From positions 186,001-250,000 of the forward strand of contig JAQGDQ010000081.1 of the NCBI GenBank assembly GCA_030141605.1: a stretch of DNA of 64,000 bases, written 5' to 3'. Below are positions 12,797 through 26,300 of this stretch, piece by piece. Under the pieces are notes generated by a model. The model saw only the letters and a program-made list of their open reading frames with translations, was not told where the DNA came from and did not search any database. The stretch is from Tubiluchus corallicola (lineage: Eukaryota > Animalia > Priapulida). Each line of letters opens with the position of its first letter. The first letter of the stretch is position 1. The translations under genes and the position numbers were made by a program.

Positions 12797-14686
12797 TGAT
12801 GCAGTGAAAGCAAAAAATTTGCCTAACAGAAAGTGCCTCACTGGCGTGAAGTTTTCCATTAACGAACAATTGAACATGCATTTATTTTCTCGTGTTCCCC
12901 CTTGAACATGCATTTATTTTCTCATTTTCCCCCAAGATGTTCGTATCACTTTGAATAATTTTGAATATTTTTGTACGTTGGATTTTCAAGGTCAGGTCAC
13001 GCATGCATTGAAACATTGCTTCTGGCAACCAGATTAATACTTTTAGTTTTTGTGTTATTGGTTTTCCTATCAGGAACAATCTTTTTTGCTCAGCATCTGA
13101 TTATCCTGGTACTTTGTACTTTCCTTTTACAATGCAAATGCATTAATCAATGTAGTCTCTTCACACTTTTCTACTGTAGCTACGTAAAGAATGACCATTT
13201 GGTTCTTTGGGTTACTCGATGTCACTTATTCATTTTGTGGTAATAATGCATTAGTAGTTTTAAATACTAAGACTGTTGTCATTTTATTTCCATTAATGGT
13301 TTACATCTTTACAATCGAAAACCAGCCTTTTTTCCAACCAACAGAAAAGCAACCTGATAATCGGATGTGAATTCAGTGTTCCTGATTACATAAAATTATT
13401 TCATGTTTTTTATCTGTTTAATAGTTTGCTTGAGATCACTCTACTCAATGTTTGTGTGTGGTCTGTGCAGATTTTTGATGAGAAGGTGCTTCAGAAAATG
13501 TCATTTCAAATGAAGCATATTTTTGCCTACGGGTAATAGATTTACCTAGCTGGTTACCTAGAAATTTTGCACCATGAGTAACTAGGTTTTTTATTCTGAA
13601 GCGATCATAGACTAGTAATGTCTTTCGGATTTCAAAGTTAATTTTCATGACTTTCGATATGGTGATAATACCTTTACTGCTTCGAAAAATATAAGCTGGC
13701 TTATAACTTCTAGATCTGTACATTTTGTGAAAAAAAATCAATAATGCATGAAGCGCTAATTTAGCTAATATTTTAAAATACGTTATGTCTTAAATAAAAT
13801 CATGATAACACTTCTTTGCGAACTGTGTATGCCATAAGTAAAGGTGGATAATCCTCACACCTAGTTGTGTTTTTTTGTACAATCATAGGACTTTGTTGAG
13901 TGTACATGCATCCTAAAAACTATATGATCGCCATTTGATGTCACACATTCAAATGGTTTTTTCATATGTTCTATCACAACCAATATAGAAGCTAAAAGAG
14001 CTAGCAGCTAATGTCATTATTCTTAGTATGATCATTTTAAACTGCTCATGGACTTGACTTTTTATGTTGCATTTCAGTATGAAAACTATAGAAATGATTT
14101 TTTTCTTGCAAATCAGTTTATTTCTTATCGGTAGACCAAATCGTGAACACGAGAAAGTAAAAGAACAAAGTCTTGTGTTCTATTATATATATGTACTACG
14201 TTGTTTCATATGCTTGTACAATTCTTCAATTGTGAAAATTGTTGCTCAATTTGTTTGACAACTTCTTGATTATGCTATGTGATATTTCAGAATGTTGTGG
14301 TCATTTCACGTGTGCACTGTATTAATATACTGTATATCATCAGTTAGATTTTTTCACCATAATAGTATGTAGAAGTGAGAATTTGCGTATTTCATATGTA
14401 ATATTTAACTGAGTAATGTTTCAGCCCATGGGAGAAACAAGAATTGTAGGCTTTATTATGATATTCACAGCTACCTTGAGCATAGATCTGTACTGGGAAA
14501 TGTGACCAATGTCATTTTATGTTTTTCGTTTTTTCTGTGATTCGTTTTTTGTGGCATTTATAATTATTGTATTATGTACATTTATCTCTGTATTTTTATG
14601 CATATATACATGCGTTACAAACTTATTTCTTTATAAGTGTTGTTAAAAAAATTATCTAAATTATTTATAATTTATTGACTTCAAAT

Positions 14687-14692
14687 AATAAA
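14687..14692 (+). terminator. Candidate distal polyadenylation signal of the Josephin gene
   Basis: AATAAA followed by T/GT-rich sequence; a proximal AATAAA lies at 13793-13798. Confidence 0.4.
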
Positions 14693-15569
14693 TATTATTA
14701 CACACGATTAAATTAGCTTTTATGTCGGTTTCATTTAGTCCTTTCTTCTTAACAGGGAAATAATTAAATTGAATGATTCCAATAACAATGGAAAGAATCA
14801 GTGGGAATTTTTGAACGCAAAATCATACACCCAGAATTGATTTTCTGTCAGCCAAGCTGTTCGAATACATATGTCTGGACATAGGCGTCTAATTTTTAGT
14901 TTAACGTGTCCAACTGTTCATTGTAGTGCATTTTATTCTGTGCAGTATCAATACATTTATCGTTATAATATTCAGACTAATCTAGTTAATTCAGTTTTTG
15001 TACATTTTAATTTTTTTGAAAATTAAAAACAGTCCACATTTTACTTTTTTTAGTTTAAAATTTGATGAGCTGAACAGTCCTCAGTAGAGCTTTTCTGTGG
15101 CTTGACTTTGACCTTTCTTTTCCATATCATGTCTGTTGCAAAGGATAAGATAATTAAAGCGTTGATTTTAATCATGTGAACTAACTTTAGTAACTTTGGT
15201 AGTGTTGAGGATCAGATACTTTCTTGCTAATACCTCAGTTGTAACTGGACGGACCGATGAAGAAACTGATCCAAACTTTTCTGCTGAGATTTGACATTTC
15301 ACCTCTAGGAGAGGTGATGATAAGTTGAATTACCGCAAAAGCCATACTAACATCAGCTACATTCTATGGCAATTACTCTATGTGAACTAACAAACAAGCT
15401 AGTCATAACTTCACTCTAATTTTCACCCAAACTTATCTCTACAGTTTAATGTTAGCATCTTTCCAGTTGTGAACGCAACTAGTCTTGGTGGACGAAAGAA
15501 CTCACAAACGAACAGGCAAAGAGTAATACTATACCTATATCCATGCTTTTCTCTCAGTGAAGTGGGTAA

Positions 15570-16021
15570 TAAATTTCCGTGTCACTAAAGATGTGGAATT
15601 GGCTGGAGGGCGTGGGGTTTTCCCGATTTTTTTTTCGGCAAAAGTTTGCCCTTTTTGTGGTGAATTCTACGAACTCATTAATGGAAAACTTTACTGGCTT
15701 TAGCGCGTATGCAGGAATTGTTTTATCTTCCCAAGCTGCTGCAATCCCAATGATTTCGTCACGCTGCGTTACTTTTACTTTTCAGTCGTGCGAATGAACA
15801 TTGCGGTACACAGTAGTTTCTTCTCAATTCAAGGTTGCGTAGCATGTAGCTCTTATTCGAAATTTGCAACCGCCCGTACTGACTCACAATTTATTAATAT
15901 GAAACTACGTGTCTGTAGTGGCGAGCGATTTTGCTGGACAATGGACAATAACAAAAACGTTATACCGAATATTATTTCACAGGGCTTGCAGCCACTGTGA
16001 ATGAACGCAAACTACCAATGC
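15570..16021 (+). promoter_or_regulatory. CpG-enriched promoter / first (leader) exon of the CACHD1-like gene
   Basis: Local CpG enrichment; GC-box-like gagggcgtgg at ~15606-15615; donor C|GTAAGT at 16022 and acceptor ttattcag at 16088 define a 67-nt intron just upstream of the ATG at 16106. Confidence 0.5.
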
Positions 16022-16105
16022 GTAAGTGTTCTTATGCGTATTTAATTAACCTGATTTAGCTATTGCTTCATCTCAATAAGTTATTCAGTGGATGTTAAGT
16101 TAATC

Positions 16106-17925
16106 ATGTCCTTATTGTTTGCTAAAAGGTTTTTTGATTTTGCCGCTTCGTGGCTGTATGTTTTATCTGAAAGATTCTTGTGGATTTTATATAAAAAAGA
16201 AGCGTGGAAATGTACGTTACTTTGCGTGGTGATGTTAATAACATCCGTATCACCTAGTCACTTCAACGAGGCAGGTCATTTGGATTTACAACAAGCGGAC
16301 GTTTTAGTCAAGAAATTAGAAGCAGATCTCATGAAAGTCTCTGATGATAGCCTAGCAGTAACAGCTATGCAGGTATACCACAATGTTAATTATTTTGTAA
16401 AGCAAATAATTGTAATGCAAACATTTTTGGTTACTCTCTTGCAGAGTGACCTATAAAGAGGTCTTTTTCATCGTGATGCTATTATTCTCATTCATGAAAT
16501 ACCTCTTGATTGCTTTTGGAATGGTTCTTTAAAGAAAAAAATAAAATTGGAAATTTAGATGTAAAAATTGAAGAATTGTGTGCCATATTGCCAACATAAC
16601 AGCGATGATGAAACCTGCAATGGATTTTGAAATATCTGTTTTTTGTGAGAAAGAATAAAACTTTATCATTCGGGAATTCGTCTGTAATTTTTGTTGTGTT
16701 AATAAAAATTGAACAAGGGTGTAAAATTTTCACTTTATCTAAAAAAATACAGTCAACCAAATAATATGAAATTTTATTAACATTAAATAAAAGTACTTTA
16801 CATTCAAGTATATCACGTTTTTTGCAGGATTACTTAAATTCTTTGGATTTCCAAGCACTAAATCTTAATGGCCCAGATGTGGTACACAAGGTCGGTATTG
16901 ATTTTTTCAAGAACTTATGACTTACTCAAATTGCTCTGAGTTTTCTATTGGTAACACTATTGTTTTTGTTAAAAAATGCAATAATAAGAAATGCTGCAGC
17001 TGAAGTGCAGCAGAGATCCTCATTACTGCACGTACAGTAGTTGCATTGATCTTTTAATAAGTCACTAGCAGAATGTCACATGTGCACTGCTTTGGAAAAA
17101 AGTGGGAGACTGTGAGAAATGTCCCAGTAGCTTTAACCACCTCTCTTCCAAATATCATTATTTTTTTATTTTGATATTTAGAGCAAAGATTCCTAATGTC
17201 TATTGAAGTATCTTTGTCAGTATGATTGAAATTTACTTGTTTCTTATTTTAACTTTTTTTATTTTTAGTTAGCGAATTCATTAAACAAGAAGTTTCAAGA
17301 AAAATTAGAAGCCCTCGAAAACTTAAAAGAAGCCATTGAGAAGTCATACAAACTTGATGCTGGCCTTGAGTTTGAAGCAGAAAATGTGCTTCCTCGATGT
17401 TGTGATTTGGACACTTCATACTTTGAGGAAGATCCTCGTTTTAAAACAAAGGTAATATTAAAGTATTAACAAATTCGCATGCAAGCAAATCATTTCATGC
17501 AGTTCACGATTCATCATGAATTTCTGATGTAATCAGGTTTTTATGCAGAAGTTTTAGTTTAGCATGTCTTTTGCATTTCTGCTTTGCAGAAACACATAAT
17601 ATATGCAATGTGCTCAGCTGTATGCAAATTAAATATTGTACATAACTTGAATAACATTACATGTGAAATACCCTTTAAATTAGATGGAGAACAGAGAGAT
17701 TCAAGAACAGTTTTCTCTCGTATGGTTTATTTAATTTCCAAACATAAGTTTAGATTCATTTTAATTATTTCGTTCATGTGTCTTGTAACAGTGTAACAGT
17801 GCGTATTGCTGTTTGTTTTACCTTGTTTATTCTTGTAAGAAATTTTATATTTTGTAACTTTATGCTGTGCTGTAAAGTAAAACCTTTTGGTTGTAATAAT
17901 GATAAATGAACTTATTATTACTTAC

Positions 17926-17962
<37 letters not shown>

Positions 17963-18813
17963 GTTGTTGTTGTTATTTTTATTATTTTTATTATTATTAC
18001 TTGTACAAATGTTTTAATAGTCATGGTTTTACTATAGGTTGATATGGAAACTGCTTGTATACAAGTATCTATAGATGGCCCTGATGATGTCAGATTAAAA
18101 CATTTACACAATGCAGTAATAGAACAAATGAAAAGTAACATTCATCGCATTCCTACGTTAAAATGGCAGTTTTATGGGGATGAGAATGGCATGTCAACAA
18201 CATATCCTGCCCATGCTGTTCCTTCTTGTGGAACATTTGATCCAAGATTCAGGTAAACCATATTGCGTAATCAACTTGCTATAATGATGTGGTTTTGTCA
18301 AGCTATTGTAATTCGCGATCACCCACAGTGTTAACAGCAGTGCCAGAACTTGCACAAGATGCCATCCACATATAATGATATAAGTTTTTGGCCAATGTCC
18401 AGGACCTAGCTTCATTGCATAATAATGGCATTATTGTATACTCCACCACCTACCTTCCCCTTATATAGATATCAGTATGAAACCGATGTAGCTTTTTGTA
18501 CATTATTTTATTCTTTATCCTCCCAAAGACAGGCAACAACATCACTTGTGTTAATTAACAGGAAACCATCAGTGGATTCTACTGGCATCAGTGGTCGAGA
18601 TAGTGGCTGACTGACAGCCGCAATTCACTGAACTCATTCTCATCGACCCATTCAGAAAACGAAAATGAAGTCAGATAACGATATCATGACTAAATAACCT
18701 ATCTATCTTGTGCTATCATGGCGTTATCACGTCTCCTGCCACCTACCTACCCTAAACTTCATATCGTTATATGTGGATGGCCCTCAAATATCAATTATAC
18801 AATATTTCAACTT

Positions 18814-18893
<80 letters not shown>

Positions 18894-20262
18894 CTTTATT
18901 TAAAGTTGGCTTTTGGGTGGACAATTAACATTAGCTCAAAGAGCTTTTATCGCTGACTGTAAATAACAACCTACAACTACATAACAGTGACTATTATTAC
19001 CCGATTTGTACCCTAAATACCACGTCCCAGGCAGGGCAACAGCAGGTACCATTTTTAAAGTCTTTGATATCGGCTGCTGTATCGAACTCACAACCTCCCA
19101 AACCAAAAGCGGACATGTTACCACAAGGCTAAACAGTTGTCATCCGTTTTCAGGCCATGGTATGTGACCGCTCTGACTCCAGAACCTAAGGATGTTGTTG
19201 TTGTCATTGATTCGTCAGGTTCAATGAGGACTCAACATGCTGGAAAGCCCCTCATGAAATTGGCGAAATTTGCTGCATCAACTGTTCTTGGAAGCCTCGG
19301 TCAATCTGACAGGGTATTATGAGTTATAAAACACTTTTCTCTCGAGTTTGATTGACCATTAACTTTAAAGAATAAGTTTCCAGTTGTTTACCAAACTCAA
19401 CTTAAGTTGGCTTTTTAATATGTCACAGAAAAAGTGTTAAACAATTGTAGCACAAGTAGTAATATGTTTACAATTTAGCAATATTGTTTTGAACTACAAA
19501 GTAGACTTGTTATACACATTAACTGCAATGTACTTTAATGTGCATTACGCTACTATGAATATGATTAAATTCTATGCTAGATGAAAACAGTGTTTATAAC
19601 TAAAAATTTAGTGCTGAAAACGTAGTGCTAAAATTTCATCTAATTATCTGTACAATTCAAAAATTCTCTGCCTGGGAAATGATGAGCTGCCACAGATGAA
19701 ATGAGTTTGTCATTTTAGGCACAAATGTTTCAATACATTTTTATATAAATTTTTGTTTAACTTTGATTTTAAAACTTTTGAGAAGTGCTACAAAGTCGTG
19801 CTAATTGCATCATATGTATAAATTTTGTTCAAGGTTGGGTTTGTTGCATTCTCCACTACTGCACGGGTTCCAGTTGGTACTCATGCAGCCACTTCTTGTT
19901 ATGGAAGGGAACTAGCATTGGCTACACAAGCAAACATTGGATTTCTGAACTCATATATAGAGTCACTGGTACCTCATGGGACAACTTATTATACAAGTGC
20001 ATTGGAGAAAGCTTTCAGTTTGTTAAACAATTCAAACCTTGAAGAAGATTTTATAAGAGGTATTTCAAATGTTCCTGCACCATTTTTAATTTACTTGCAT
20101 TGCCTCTGATTGAATTAAATAGGTTTCTGTGTGCACAATGCTCACATGACCCCAGTTCTTATTTTATATGTGAAATTATGAATAATGCATTCTATTTGTC
20201 TGGTTCTTTTCCTTTGTCTCTCTTTCTGTTGCCCGGGCATCTCTCAACTCTCCTCTCCTCTC

Positions 20263-20352
<90 letters not shown>

Positions 20353-23300
20353 CCTCCATCCCTCGATTGAGAATTGCGAAAGAAAATCAAATCAATCAAT
20401 TTTTATTGATTACCTGTAAATTTGTATTGGAAAGTTATGCATGATGTCACAAAAGAGCATTGCAGTAAAATTACGTCAGAACAATGGTGTCATCTTTACT
20501 GCAGCTGTCTGAGTTCTGCTCAATGCCTTCCTATTTATCTTTTTGTTTGTCACTTTACAGGAACAATGCATGTTTTAAACATGTAGTAATATTTTGCTTA
20601 CAGAAAAAGTCATTCTTTTTCTTACCGATGGCCTTCCCACAGACTCTGCTAAACAGATTATGACGACACTGTTTGACTTGAACAAGCAGCTGGATAATCA
20701 GGTTATTTTGGTGACGTATGGACTTGGTGAAGCAGGTTAGTTCATATTATTTTGATTATACATAGTGCTTTATTGTGAAGTTTATTTATAACTTTTCCAT
20801 GGAACATAGTAAATGATAACGTACTGTTACAATAATTTATTTACCTTAATGGGAACTAAATGCTACTAAAATGAGATTGTAGCTTTAAAACTGTTTGTAA
20901 AAAATCAAATGCATTGACAACAATCACATTAAGTATTATTCACTCCATTATTCACTAAATGGTTTATTTATTATGCTATCTCATTTACTTATAAGATACT
21001 ATATTCTAATTATTCTCATCAGAATTTTACTTAGTTTGTCCTTTCCGATTTTTGTTATGTATTGTTTAGAACAGTTGAAGTGTCGGTTTATACTTCTGCA
21101 CACGTTTAGTTTTAACAGCATGTTTTCAATGCAGCAAAATCCCATGGTGCAGCAATATTGACTAGCATGGCATTACAAAATGGTGAAAGATATGGAGCAT
21201 CGCCTCCAGAGAATGACATTAAACCTGGGAAGTTCGTGTCAATCAGCAATCCAGATGATTTACGAAAAGCAATGGGCTTGTATTATCAGCTGTTTATTAG
21301 TAACACTGCACAGTCATTTCTGCCAAGACTCTCTGCACCGTATGTTGATGTGAATGGATTAGGTTGGTATAATTATTTTTATTAACAGGCAAGATTTATT
21401 TTTGCATGTTAGCATCTCTTAAATTTTAATCATTTGCATCTGATTTGTGGTCTTGATGATGACAATCTGAATGTAATTATTTATTCTGTATTATTTTATT
21501 AGTATAGCAATAACATTGTGATATTTGTGGCCCGGCGTTTTTGATTTGCAGCTTGATAGCATCATTAGGCCGAGGTGAAGTAAGTGAGTTTTGTCTAAAA
21601 CATTGTTTTTGGCACAGGTGATGTGTAAGCCATTTTCAGCAGCCTAGGATGAAAACCCATCTTTAGTAATAGCTAATAGGGGGAGCAAGGGGAGCAACCG
21701 CTCCCCCAATCACATTTTTCAATATTGTTGCCTTTTTAACTGCCTTATTACTTTATTTGAGTAATCTGCCTCTCGTGTTTTTAAAATTAGCGTGCATTTA
21801 CACAACTGATTTGTCAAGGTTGACTGAATGAACAAAGGATCAAATTGTCCAATATTGAATTATTGTAATATATTCTTGTCACACGCTGATACCGTCTTTT
21901 GTGAAATAGGCAGACATATAATAGATTCATGTGTCACAGCGCCTTTCTTATGTGCTTTCTCCCTGTAACTGTAGTAGCTGACTACGCCCCTGATCCTAAG
22001 ATATATGTCTGCCATGCCATGTATGAATAAATATAAATAAATAATAGCTAAATAAATATAATAATATGTGTATTTAGTTTTATTGCTTTTTATTTAATCA
22101 TAAATGTAATTTTCTATTTATTTAGGAACTTTAGATGGTCAATCAATTGTGATTAATGCTCAGATGTGTAACTATAAAAATATAAAACTTAATATTGTTA
22201 TACATATCATTTTTGCTGAGGCCTAAAAGCTTGCAAGAAAACAATCCATGTTTATCATAAACTTAAAAGTGTTTATCTAATAAACATTTTAACCTAAAGG
22301 AAGAACATGCACACACATTTAGGAAACTATATGATGGGATTTTATTTTTGATTAAGCTGCAATTCCCAAGCAGTAAAAGTTTGTTTGCATGGTCTTTGAA
22401 ATTTGGTTATTTAAACGTGTGCATATGTGGGCTTTGTTTAGTGGCAAAATTCTAAATTTAAGAACCAATTGACAAAAATCTTTATTTAGGTGTCGTAACA
22501 ACATTATCTGTGCCTGTCATGTTTAGAGGAAAGGCAAGAGGTGTGGTGGGTGTTGACCTAAGTCTTAGTGAGCTACTCTCCGATGTTGTTTTCTTTCCAA
22601 GAGGAGTTTTGTCTTACCCATTTATAATAGACAGTCGGGGTTATGCTGTATTGCACCCATTGTTACCAAGGTATGTTATCTAGTCATTTGGTTTTTAATA
22701 GCCTGAAGGTGCCGGTAGTTGTGTCTGTGCCTCTGATGCGCTTAGTTACGATCATTGTGAGGGCTTTGTTATCCTTCCCCGTGCTCTATTTAGGCAGCAT
22801 TACTCATCCGCTTGGTGAAATGGCTTTGTTATCTGCTTAAATTTGTGTTCCATTTTTTTGCTTCTGTTAGTTTTGATGAGTTCTTGGATAGCTCAACATT
22901 GTAAGTTTGCATTTTTATAAACAGTAGCAAAGGTGTTTGATAATAATTACTTAAAATTTAATCGTGCTTGTTTATGCACTGCCTTCAATCCTGTGTGTAA
23001 TCTTTATAACTAAAATTCAATGCCATTTATACAGATTTTTTTACAAAATTTGTTATTATTTACAAAAATAAACAGCATAGTACAATTCAGTACATCATTC
23101 AGGTGTATGAGTTTGGTTTATGAAGAGAAATACTACACTGGCAGCTTGAGCATTCATATTTGTAGTTTTCAAAATTCATTTTCTTACTCTTTTCATATTT
23201 CCTTGTTGAATTTCAATTTTTTTTGTTTAATAACAAATGATGTGATTGTCATTACTTATTTGTGTTTTTCTATCATCCATTGTTTTATAGTACTGTAGTT

Positions 23301-26300
23301 ACATTTACACATCTGACTGTGACCTGTATTTAGGGATGAATAAGAACATGATAATAATACATTCTTTTATGTTAAGTAACATACTTCTTGTTGGGTGGCG
23401 AGTTTTTTTCTTTTTCCACTGACCTGCTTTGCTGTTTTGCATATACATGTATTTCAATTTATTTTGCAATATAAGATGACTAGTTCACAATCAGTATTAA
23501 GTAAACTTTTTACAAATTCAGCAATTATTCTAAAACTTACAAACTTTCCCACAGCCTCGTTGTTATAATAAGAACTGATTGTTTGGATGACTGCTTGTCT
23601 ACACAATTACTGACATTTCTAGCTTCACATACGTTTTATCGTATGCAGTTTTTATCATTATACTTATCTTCTGAATATCTGCTTATTACTTGTTTTTAAA
23701 ATTTGTGAAACTGACTGCTACAAGGATGAGCATTATAAGCTATGTTAAACGTTCAAGTTGATTGAGTTTTTTTCTAATATGTTTAATAAAATTATGTATA
23801 ACATGTATCAAGAAAATTATGTATCTATCCATTATATATTTCTATTCCATGTATGATTATGAATGCCCAAATTACTCTGTTTTGTCCTTTCTTTTCGTTA
23901 AGATTGATATTTTGTATCTTTATCAGTGGTAAATTTGTGATTAATAGTTTACTTTGTTTAAATTGCTTAAGTTATGTAATTGTGATTAAAAATTAGTGCA
24001 CATTTTTGTTATTCTGCTATTGTAAATTTTGTGTACTGTCATAATTATATTGATTCATCAGAAATTTTCCTCCTAAGCTAGGTGAAAACTGTTTTCATTA
24101 ACTTTTTTAAATGAATGAATGAGTACGAAATAATTATGGCCTTTTATCAAGCTAAGAAATCTTACATGTTTGCAGTGCCGCTTGTAATTTAGCACACCAT
24201 GGTATTATTTTCAGTCCTATAGGTGCATATGATTCACCAATTTATGTTGACATTATCGAGTTCGAACGTGATCCTCGGTTTTTAAAAGTTCGGGATAAGA
24301 TGTTGCAAGGTACATCTGGCTCTCACTCAGTCCTTGCATCTAACGTGAAATCGCTTGGAGAAACATTGCTTGAAGGTGTCTCAATTGCATCGTTTCCAGC
24401 TACATTTCACTGGGCACCGGTATGTGAAATTACGTTTTCGAGTACATAGCATTAGTTTCATCTAAGACTAATAACCACAGAACTACATTATTTCATTTAG
24501 AAAGTTTTTCTTAAATATACTTGTGCCACTAAATTGATTCGTGTACAGTAGGCGCCGCTTAATAGATTCCAGACCTGCTAACTCTCATGCATTAGGCGTG
24601 TGTAGAGCCGTTACAACATCCTACGATGCCTTAGGCTGGTAGTTCAGTCCCTTCCATCTCTATAGTGAATTTATAGTTGTTTATGTAATGACAATTACTT
24701 GTGGTGTTTTTGAAAAACTATTAACGTAGTTTCTACCTGGTCATTAATTAATTACATGTATTTGCATTATGCTTATATCTAAATAGGCTGCGCAATTGTT
24801 TGTTGTGTATTACCTTGCACCTGTTCGTTATGTGGCATTTATATAAAAGCTGAGCTCAGTAACTGCCTGTGGTGTGTTATAAAATGTGCCTTTTACATGA
24901 ATATGAAAGTATACGCATTTTCAGAGGAGAATTTTTTCTGAAATGTGATGCCCTTCAAACTTTGGCACCCTAGGCTATAGCCTAGTTAGCCTATTGATTA
25001 ATATGCCTTTGGGCTGGTGTTACATTTTAAGTCTTTTTAATGGCATTTTAAGTCTCTCACATGTGCACAGGCATCAAATTTCAGTTCTCAGGTATTCCAC
25101 AGCTTCACAGGCAAGTTTGCAAATCACCTGGCTTGAATGACTTCCTTTGCCACCAGTAGGCCTACTTACCACAACATAATTAGTTGTACTGTTCTCAAAA
25201 ATACAGTAGTGTTCGTGAGTATCTCGATGTATATTACACTAAAGTGGATTACAGTTATTGAACATAATTATTTATATATAAAGAATGGTGAACTCCAAAA
25301 CAGCATAAAAAAGCTCGACTGGTACCAAAAAAATTACCTTGTATTTTTTTGTTTTTTGTCTCAATTTTTTAATAATTTGATTTTGATACCAAAAAACAGC
25401 AAAACTTTCTGGGGCATAATTTGTTTCCATGTTTCACACTCATTTTCAGTTCATGTGATTGGCAACTCTGAGACTCACTTTGGGATGGAAGTGTTTTGAC
25501 TCAATTAACCTACTGAATTTATTAGCATTTGGTGTGGCATTACAAATATGAAAGTACAAGTCATCAGTTTTTAGCTTAGTTTGCACTGCAAAGGCTGGGA
25601 GAGCTGATAAATGCAAATAGTTTCACTTATGCTTCATTTTTCAAAATTAATTCTATGCTTTTAGCTGCTGTATGATGTTTATGTTTTCGAAACTCACAAA
25701 GAATACTGTTGGAATTACTGTTAAAGAATCGGTGGCATAACAGCAACACTCAAACTGATTAAACAATAAACATTGTGTAAAAAGCATCAAACACTTAAAA
25801 AGTTTAACTTCCATAAATTACTGGGCAGTGACTAGCGAGGTTAATTACAGTAAATGAGTGGATGACAGATTCAAATTAAAAACACTATGCTAGCATATTA
25901 GAGCACGACAAACAAACCTGTTTACAAAAACGGTACTTTACATGATTATTTCTAGTTTCTATCTATGTTAATGTGCACAAAAGCAATGTAAAAAGGAACA
26001 TAAAAGTAGCAAAAGTTCTCCACATGCCTTATTTTAAGTGGTAAAACAAAAAATATGAGGAATTATTTGAGTCAATTGCTGACAGTTTTTACACACATTT
26101 AAATAGGAGCAACCCATACCGGAGACTTTTGAGTCAACTAGGCGACTGGCTTTATTAACTGTGAGTCTAATAAGCGGCGCCAAACTGTGCCTTAATTGAC
26201 ATAAATGTTGTTTATGACTCTCTGTGTCCATGTTCATATTTATCTCCATGTGTCCTTCTGTAGCATAGGAGGCTGTGTGAGATTGTGTTTACAAGGTATT

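Noticed and set aside
19075-19136. Functional tRNA gene
   Set aside because: A and B boxes are present, but there is no convincing cloverleaf and it continues into a SINE body with an (ATT)n tail.
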